A DNA stretch of 64,000 nucleotides, from positions 1 to 64,000 of the IMG/VR virus record IMGVR_UViG_3300044712_002699. One strand, given 5' to 3'. Source of the DNA: a virus. The translations under genes and the position numbers were made by a program. Below are positions 58,145-64,000 of this stretch, one piece after another. Under the pieces are notes generated by a model. That model did not search any database and was not told the DNA's origin. It worked only from the letters and a program-made list of their open reading frames with translations. Within the stretch, counting starts at the first letter, position 1; every line of letters begins with the position of its first letter.

Positions 58145-58500
58145 CAGGAGTTCCTCCGGTCTTCAGTATAGGATTTTCTCAACACCACTTGCTGTCGCCA
58201 CTTTTCAACTTCCTCTTCGAGACATGACGATCTATAACAACACTTGAGCTGATCACAAAAGTCTTCAGCCTTTAAGTAACAGGTAGGATAACCGTTTTGT
58301 TTTTGGCTTTTTCTTATCTTGCTGACAGCCTGTCCTCGAAGACACTCGGGACAATAGCCTGAGGAGATATCTACTTGATCACGCTCTATCATCTCCCTTA
58401 TATTCTCGGGAGTATCCTCACTCATTGTCCAGTATACCCCGCACTTGATGCAACGATAAATAAAAGCTTCGGCTTCTTTAAGAACCGCTTGAGTTGACAA
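58144..58500 (-). CDS. Cys-rich putative metal-binding protein
   Basis: CIKC, ISSGYCPEC and IRKSQKQNGYPTCY...FCDQLKCCYRSSCL. Confidence 0.7.
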   Translation of the reverse strand: MSTQAVLKEAEAFIYRCIKCGVYWTMSEDTPENIREMIERDQVDISSGYCPECLRGQAVSKIRKSQKQNGYPTCYLKAEDFCDQLKCCYRSSCLEEEVEKWRQQVVLRKSYTEDRRNS

Positions 58501-58516
58501 GGTCGTGTACCTCTGA

Positions 58517-59293
58517 TCATCCGATTAATTGCTGCTTCACCTGAAGGGTGTAACGAACCATCTTATCAAAGTCAGCGAACCTTTTGTTCCTAAGAAAAAC
58601 ACTACTATCTAACACAATCGTTAGGATTCTGTCAAGACCCCGGCAATTCACATGAAACTCTATTTGTTTCTCAATTTGTGTTTGAGCCATCCAATGCTCT
58701 ACATATAAGATATAGTTATCTACGGAGAAGTCAACTTTCAAGTAAGCAAGATCGCCGAACTCGAATCTTATCTTATTCCATAAAAGACTCGCCTCGTCTC
58801 GCATTTCCAATTCAGATACCTTTTGCGCGTTCACACCCCGAGGCTCATCTCGTCTAATATATGAAACTATGGCAGGAATATGTGTAAATCCAAACTCAAT
58901 ACTGACGTTGGCGCGGTGAATCCCGTCTGAGATTTGAAAATGACCACCGTCAGGATTTTGATGTAATCTTATAGGCGACAGAGGAATTCCAGATTCGATA
59001 TCTCTGCGAACGCGCTCAGATTTGCCGCTGCTCCACGGCTTTTCCAGTTCAACTCTATCAAGAGGAAAAATCTCTAATTTATCTCGAGTCCAGTATCCGT
59101 AATCGCGCCAAGAAAGGTAGGCTTCCGCGGGGTCTTGTTTCTTAAGGAGAGATTTGTCGTATTGAGTTAATTGGTACTTATAGTACAACTTATTGTTATT
59201 ACTACTTTCTGTACATGTACCAATTTTTCTCTTTTTTTCGCTTTGTTTCAACGCCTCTCGGCTTAATTTAATGATGGAACGCGCGGTTGTCAA
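58517..59293 (-). CDS. ParB/Srx-like domain protein
   Basis: LSPIRL...FQISDGIHR...IPAIV motif. Confidence 0.7.
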   Translation of the reverse strand: MTTARSIIKLSREALKQSEKKRKIGTCTESSNNNKLYYKYQLTQYDKSLLKKQDPAEAYLSWRDYGYWTRDKLEIFPLDRVELEKPWSSGKSERVRRDIESGIPLSPIRLHQNPDGGHFQISDGIHRANVSIEFGFTHIPAIVSYIRRDEPRGVNAQKVSELEMRDEASLLWNKIRFEFGDLAYLKVDFSVDNYILYVEHWMAQTQIEKQIEFHVNCRGLDRILTIVLDSSVFLRNKRFADFDKMVRYTLQVKQQLIG

Positions 59294-59303
59294 GGGGTTT
59301 GCC

Positions 59304-59708
59304 TCAAAAAAATGAAACTCTTTTTCCTCTCACAGAATTTTTGTAAGATTTGAGTATCTTAGAAATATCTCTAGCGTTTAGTATCATCCCTTTCCTTTTA
59401 GCCTTCTTAATTTCCTTATCAATTCTCTCGTCACTATCTTCTTTACCGTCTTGATTATCCGGTTCCGGGTATTTAGCACTAACAATTCCAATCTTCCCTT
59501 TCCGAAACGCGCCCCCGCCTACACCAGATGCAAGCGGTCGTCCTAGATTATTAAGACTAATACCGCCCCCAGGGGATACCGCGCTGGCATAGTTACTAGC
59601 GCCCATTCCACCTATACCGCCAGCCCCTATTCCGTTGCTGAGACCCCCCATACCGTCTTCAGGCAGTTCTCTCTCAAGCAACTCGAGCAATTCTTTTGCT
59701 TTCGACAT
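59304..59708 (-). CDS. Gly-rich putative internal head protein
   Basis: MSKAKELLELLE N-terminus, Gly-rich middle, basic C-terminus. Confidence 0.7.
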   Translation of the reverse strand: MSKAKELLELLERELPEDGMGGLSNGIGAGGIGGMGASNYASAVSPGGGISLNNLGRPLASGVGGGAFRKGKIGIVSAKYPEPDNQDGKEDSDERIDKEIKKAKRKGMILNARDISKILKSYKNSVRGKRVSFF

Positions 59709-59901
59709 TTTTCTGTCTCCGCTCCACCCGTTTCAAAAACTCAATCTTAATATGTCTAGTTAAAGATTCAACAACTTCTTCAAGGTTTTTACATTGTATC
59801 TTGCCTGCCCGAACCGGGAACCCGATGTTCCTCAAATACTGCTCGTAATCTTTTAAGAATGAATCAAGTATTTCACAGAATTCCTCATGAGATATTTCCA
59901 T
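59674..59901 (-). CDS. Small hypothetical protein
   Basis: Likely start MEISHEE at 59901 with AAGG upstream; follows the portal. Confidence 0.55.
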   Translation of the reverse strand: MEISHEEFCEILDSFLKDYEQYLRNIGFPVRAGKIQCKNLEEVVESLTRHIKIEFLKRVERRQKNVESKRIARVA

Positions 59902-59923
59902 TGTGCTACCTTTCTGTGTTTGT

Positions 59924-61573
59924 TCAGGGTTTGCCCCACTTCCTGGGAACCTGTGAAGATGATCTTCGTTTTGATGCACCCTCGTTCAATTCATCCCAAG
60001 CACTTTCTATGAGGTTCATAGCCTCTTCTCTTGCCCCCTTCGGGAGCGATTCTACTAGGTCTCGGATATGTGAATCTACGTCTTTCTTTTTCCTTTGCTC
60101 TTCAAAATCAGTAACTTTGAGAGGAGCCTCTGCTCCAGGAAAGTGTTTCAATTTACCGTAAACAAATTGGATCATCGCCAACGTATCGATATACTCTCCC
60201 GCGCCCTCCATCTCTTTCAGGGTTCCTATAAAGTTTGTGTAGTTTCCGAGGAGTGACACGAGAATGTCAAGAAACTCCAACCTCTCAATATTAGCAATAG
60301 AGACTATATTGGAGAAGGTTACGTCAATGTCACTTTTGACGGCATCATTGTACCCGTGGAGGTAAAGTTCTATTAGGCCCAGATGTTTCAGTCCCTCCTT
60401 GAGACACGTCTGTACCGACTCAAGTTTCCTCAAATACCTCACGTAAGATTTCAACGACTCCATTGAAGTAGCACCAGTTTCTCCAAACACGTAGGACGGA
60501 GGAAGCCCGACACTCGTAACAATCTGGTTCCTCATATCAACGATGTCATTGAGATCACCCATTTCAGGTGGATTGACCGGCATTTCCTCAACAGTTCCCT
60601 TATCACCTAAGATAGGGAGTACTTTATACTTACCGATATTGTTAACGACTTGATTTATATCGAGAGATGCTGTTGAGGTGACGCGTGTGTTAAGAAACCT
60701 TTCATATTCTCGACAAGCCGAAAGGGCTTGTTTGAGTTGCATTTGTTGGCCTAACCTTACACCAAGAACGGTATTCCTGTCAAGTTGTAAGAGGCGGCTC
60801 AGGGGGATCAAGCTCTCCATAAGAGCAAGGGCTTTTATCTTTTCAAGAGTTTGGAGAGGAAAAATAGACCTTCCCACCTTCATAGTTCCTCGAGTCAGAT
60901 AGGAATGGTACTCAGATGGTATCACCCTCATCTTTTTTGGGTTCCTGAGGAACATAATAAAATCGCCTGGTGAAACCTGTCGGACTCCACCTCCAAATTG
61001 TCCCCACGATCCTCCCGTCTTTACGAGATATTTCACAATCTCTAAGTTCTGATACATTGGAACAATAGACCAAGGATTCATAAGTTCTTCTAGGGATTCA
61101 ATCTGTTCAAGATTCGAGAAGATTTTAAGGGGGTATTCTCCAAATAGAAGAAGGTCGGCGCATATTTCATTGATGAGTTGGTCTAAACAAAGCCGCGATT
61201 CCATACCCTTCAAAACCGCGTCGTATTTTTTATCATCTGAACTTATCTGAAAAATTTCTCCCGTTGCCTCGTTCGGGCTTAACACGTCATCTTTCATAAT
61301 TTCAATGATCATGGTTGGAAGTGTATATTCTTCCAAGTCCATTAAGGCTCGGTATATCTGTTCCTTGTAGTTTCCTATCTGTACAAAACTAGTGTAAAGT
61401 CTTGCTATACCATCTCCGGAATCGCCTGATGCTAGAGACTGAGGGATAGTAGAACCAGCATCAGAGAATCCTGGCATTACAGTCCGGCCACTGGCTTTAT
61501 TCTGCATTTGGGCGGCTCTATAATATTTTCCGCCTAAAAGTCTGGCACTTATATTCCATTCATAACTTGGCAC
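59924..61573 (-). CDS. Portal protein, T4 gp20-like
   Basis: 549 aa; YRALMDLE, GRSIF..LE.I.AL..MESL...RL, GDLNDI..M...I..SVGLPPSY and YVRYLRKL..VQ follow the gp20-like pattern. Confidence 0.78.
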   Translation of the reverse strand: MPSYEWNISARLLGGKYYRAAQMQNKASGRTVMPGFSDAGSTIPQSLASGDSGDGIARLYTSFVQIGNYKEQIYRALMDLEEYTLPTMIIEIMKDDVLSPNEATGEIFQISSDDKKYDAVLKGMESRLCLDQLINEICADLLLFGEYPLKIFSNLEQIESLEELMNPWSIVPMYQNLEIVKYLVKTGGSWGQFGGGVRQVSPGDFIMFLRNPKKMRVIPSEYHSYLTRGTMKVGRSIFPLQTLEKIKALALMESLIPLSRLLQLDRNTVLGVRLGQQMQLKQALSACREYERFLNTRVTSTASLDINQVVNNIGKYKVLPILGDKGTVEEMPVNPPEMGDLNDIVDMRNQIVTSVGLPPSYVFGETGATSMESLKSYVRYLRKLESVQTCLKEGLKHLGLIELYLHGYNDAVKSDIDVTFSNIVSIANIERLEFLDILVSLLGNYTNFIGTLKEMEGAGEYIDTLAMIQFVYGKLKHFPGAEAPLKVTDFEEQRKKKDVDSHIRDLVESLPKGAREEAMNLIESAWDELNEGASKRRSSSQVPRKWGKP

Positions 61574-61662
61574 TTTATATTCCTTTTCTATTTCTTTGTA
61601 ATAACTTTATTACTTAACCAAAATAAGTGTTGAGTTAGTGTTTTTTAGGCACTATTCCTTAT

Positions 61663-61670
61663 GAAAGACA
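61663..61670 (-). promoter_or_regulatory. YGTCTTTC motif upstream of the portal
   Basis: GAAAGACA on +, intergenic. Confidence 0.6.
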
Positions 61671-61685
61671 AGTATTAGGCTGAGT

Positions 61686-62528
61686 TTATAGTGCGAGAGA
61701 GATAAGTCTATCCTTGTTAAGGCTTCTTGCGCCAGGAACGAAAACTAAATCCGGGTATCTCCCAAAGGTATAGGATCTATGACAGTTACCACACAAAACT
61801 ACACACTTATTTAATTCCGGAATAAGGTTCTCGAATGAGAGGCTTCGGCGGTTGGTGATAGTAAAACTTTTTGTAGATGGATCGACGTGATGAAATTCGT
61901 ACCTCGGGAGGTCTACGTGAACCCGCCCACAAATTTCACATTTTCCGCCTAGGTATTCCACGCATTTCCACTTTCGGGCATCTAACCTCTTATCTCTTAC
62001 TAAGTTATCGTGGTGTTTATTAGGTTTTGACCTCATAGTTTGTTGGGTCAAGACATTATGACATTCAGTACATAGAAGAATACACTTCCTCATTTCAGGA
62101 ATAGCTTCAGTCTCCCAATTCTTATGCATCATATTAGTTATCTGACTGTCTTTTTCCTCCGGGTTTCTGTGATGACAATGGTATACCTCGTACCAATCTG
62201 TTTCTAGTCCGCACAGTTCACACTTTGCTCCCATATACAAGACTACTTTCCTAGCAAATTCCCAATAGATTTCCCTTTTCCCGGCTGCTATCCGATCCCT
62301 ATTTTCGACCCGATACTGCTTTTTCTGTCGGTGTATCTGGTCATAGTTATCTTGGCGGTATTGTACACTGTATATCCTTGCTTCCTCTTTATGCTTATCC
62401 CGATATACCTTATCGCAAGATTTACATTTGTTCTGGTAACCGTCGGGTGACCTTCGCAAGATAGCATATTCACTTAGCGGCTTAACTTGTTTACAAATAT
62501 TACATCTCTTCGAGTTTACTTCTGTCAT
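61686..62528 (-). CDS. HNH homing endonuclease with two HNH-like domains, paralog of 44539..45624
   Basis: CELCGLETDWYEVYHCHHRNPEEK versus CEVCGLKTEWYEVYDCHHLNPEEK; shared C-terminus GRY.DL..VPG.RS. Confidence 0.82.
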   Translation of the reverse strand: MTEVNSKRCNICKQVKPLSEYAILRRSPDGYQNKCKSCDKVYRDKHKEEARIYSVQYRQDNYDQIHRQKKQYRVENRDRIAAGKREIYWEFARKVVLYMGAKCELCGLETDWYEVYHCHHRNPEEKDSQITNMMHKNWETEAIPEMRKCILLCTECHNVLTQQTMRSKPNKHHDNLVRDKRLDARKWKCVEYLGGKCEICGRVHVDLPRYEFHHVDPSTKSFTITNRRSLSFENLIPELNKCVVLCGNCHRSYTFGRYPDLVFVPGARSLNKDRLISLAL

Positions 62529-62719
62529 TCCACCTCTCCTACAATCATACCTCTAATCCTCTCTACTTCATCCCTAGAAATCATATACTTTCCTCGTTTA
62601 CTGAGAGTTCTGCCCGCCTTAATCTTACCCTCCGTGATCCAACGACGGATCGTAGATTCATGCAGACTTAATTCCTCTGCTACTTCTTTTGTAGTCAAGA
62701 ACTTCTTCTCTCCGCTCAT
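62525..62719 (-). CDS. Excisionase/MerR-like helix-turn-helix protein
   Basis: FLTTKEVAEELSLHESTIRRWITEGKIKA; ATGA overlap with the HNH start. Confidence 0.85.
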   Translation of the reverse strand: MSGEKKFLTTKEVAEELSLHESTIRRWITEGKIKAGRTLSKRGKYMISRDEVERIRGMIVGEVE

Positions 62720-62751
62720 TGCACTTCCTTCCAGAAACTCATTTCTTAGAA

Positions 62752-62759
62752 GAAAGACG
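62752..62759 (-). promoter_or_regulatory. YGTCTTTC motif upstream of the HTH-HNH pair
   Basis: GAAAGACG on +, intergenic. Confidence 0.55.
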
Positions 62760-62817
62760 ACTTTTGGTTGACAAATTTTTGATGTGTACCATCTTATCTT
62801 CAAACAGAGGAGTAGAG

Positions 62818-63222
62818 ATGACACTACAAGAAACCCTACAAAATGATATGAGGTCGGCTGAGGCAGGAAGAAGAAAAGAAGCCCTTAAGTTGGCCGTATC
62901 AGAGATGCAACGAGAGCCTCAAAAAATTGTTACGGACGAGCGAGTCGTTAAAATTCTCAACAAACTCATTGTGAGTGAACGTGAAATGTTAAAGGCACTG
63001 GCAGAAAGAAACGGCACAGTTTTTGTGGACAGTACCTTCATTACTACCCTAGAGTCTTATTTGCCAAAGGAAGTGAGCGAAGAAGAAGTTCGGGCATGGG
63101 TTCAAGCCAATATAGACCTCTCAACGTTCAAGAATCGTATGCAGGCTATGAAACCTGTGATGGCACAATTTACGGGTCGGATCGATGGGAACAAAGTCAA
63201 AGCAATCTTAGAGAATTTGTAA
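62818..63222 (+). CDS. GatB/YqeY-domain protein
   Basis: LESYLPK.VSEEEV, MK.VMAQF.GR.DG..VK; SD GAGGAG; TTGACA at 62768. Confidence 0.88.
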   Translation: MTLQETLQNDMRSAEAGRRKEALKLAVSEMQREPQKIVTDERVVKILNKLIVSEREMLKALAERNGTVFVDSTFITTLESYLPKEVSEEEVRAWVQANIDLSTFKNRMQAMKPVMAQFTGRIDGNKVKAILENL

Positions 63223-63225
63223 TAA

Positions 63226-63759
63226 CTACCGCGGCAGCATTTTAGAAGATGATCTAATTGTAGTCTCTCCTAAAATTCTTTCCATTTCTCTCGGTGATAA
63301 CCAACTCTTAAATGCTCCGGGATGTTTTTCCCATCTATCAGGAAAATCAAGTCCTCGCCACGATTTATGCGATTTTACGCGTTGGATTAGCTTATGAATT
63401 ACTTCAGCAGGATTAGAAGTATAGGAGGATTCGTCAATTTTAATTGAATAGTGTCCTTCTAGTTGGTGTTGAGTCATACTAAAAGCAGCAATTTTGAGAC
63501 TAGGTAACAACATATAAGTATCTCTGTCAGGCGCATGTGTTGATTCGCCATACAGGTGAAGGTCAAAGACGTGTCCAGGATACTCTTGCCAACCAAGGTG
63601 GGGTCCTCCAAACACACTCTTTCCCTCTGCTACAATATGAAAGGGGTGTTCTGACGTTACATAGAGTTTGAACCCCCACGCATCCCACTCTTTCTCTTGA
63701 TCTGATCGCTTTCTAAATATGTCGAGAACTGACTCAATGACTTTATTCGCGGTTATCAT
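63226..63759 (-). CDS. Hypothetical (putative internal head) protein
   Basis: MITANKVIES N-terminus; 177 aa. Confidence 0.7.
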   Translation of the reverse strand: MITANKVIESVLDIFRKRSDQEKEWDAWGFKLYVTSEHPFHIVAEGKSVFGGPHLGWQEYPGHVFDLHLYGESTHAPDRDTYMLLPSLKIAAFSMTQHQLEGHYSIKIDESSYTSNPAEVIHKLIQRVKSHKSWRGLDFPDRWEKHPGAFKSWLSPREMERILGETTIRSSSKMLPR

Positions 63760-64000
63760 AAGAGAAACCTTCCTTAAGTGAGGTGACGTCCCTTGCCTGA
63801 AGTATCTTTCTCGACACGTCCGAGAAAAGATTAGCCTTATCCACGTCTCCTTGAGTCATATAAGCCCAGGCTTTCATAACATAGCGAGAATATTCTTTTT
63901 GGAGAATTGAGATTGCTTTGTTTTTGTTCCCATCAGCAGCATCAAGTGCCCATTCAGTGATTTGCTCAGGAGAGGCAGCAACCCAATCAGGGGTTTCTTC
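63743..64000 (-). CDS. 3' end of a hypothetical gene entering from beyond the window
   Basis: Open frame EETPDWVAASPEQITEW...KEGFSYDNRE*, overlapping the next start. Confidence 0.65.
   Translation of the reverse strand, partial: EETPDWVAASPEQITEWALDAADGNKNKAISILQKEYSRYVMKAWAYMTQGDVDKANLFSDVSRKILQARDVTSLKEGFSYDNRE

Noticed and set aside
62525-62719. Excisionase-like HTH as evidence of a temperate lifestyle
   Set aside because: No integrase or att site in the window; this HTH family is widespread as a generic regulator.
3076-62902. Numerous 60-177 aa plus-strand ORFs antisense to long minus-strand genes
   Set aside because: Shadow ORFs without SD sites or recognisable motifs; only the ligase, the 47592 ORF and YqeY are supported on +.
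1-64000. Stop-codon reassignment (alternative genetic code)
   Set aside because: Coding density is high in the standard code, including a 13-kb ORF, and TAA, TAG and TGA all end recognisable genes at expected positions.
1-64000. tRNA or rRNA genes
   Set aside because: No cloverleaf or rRNA-like sequence recognised in the short intergenic gaps; tRNAscan-SE would be needed to exclude them formally.

Overview
This window is part of a large tailed dsDNA phage genome with a T4-like (gp20/gp21/gp23-type) head module, read in the standard genetic code. Almost all genes lie on the minus strand. Left end: two collagen-like genes, a LAGLIDADG homing endonuclease, the major capsid protein, a prohead protease fused to a repeat scaffold, and putative core proteins. 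Next come a metallophosphoesterase, a complete host-type hybrid histidine kinase, a SWIM-finger protein and a DEDDh exonuclease. The middle ~30 kb encodes three paralogous giant modular proteins (4329, 1661+ and 2203 aa) and a Kelch protein. The middle paralog appears split by a GT2 glycosyltransferase gene. Right end: two paralogous double-HNH endonucleases, an NAD-dependent ligase, a nucleotidyltransferase, a 1488-aa PcfJ-like-repeat/ankyrin protein, an L7/L12-like protein, the portal and a YqeY-like gene. Most notable signals: (i) the split giant-protein/glycosyltransferase locus built from a ~130-170 aa module I cannot assign to a known family; (ii) a recurrent YGTCTTTC motif upstream of structural genes (candidate late promoter); (iii) a shared N-terminal motif on ~8 unrelated proteins resembling a capsid-targeting sequence; (iv) a nested scaffold start inside the protease gene; (v) a phage-borne hybrid kinase hinting at a Desulfobacterota host. 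All family calls come from motif recognition by eye; no database searches were run.
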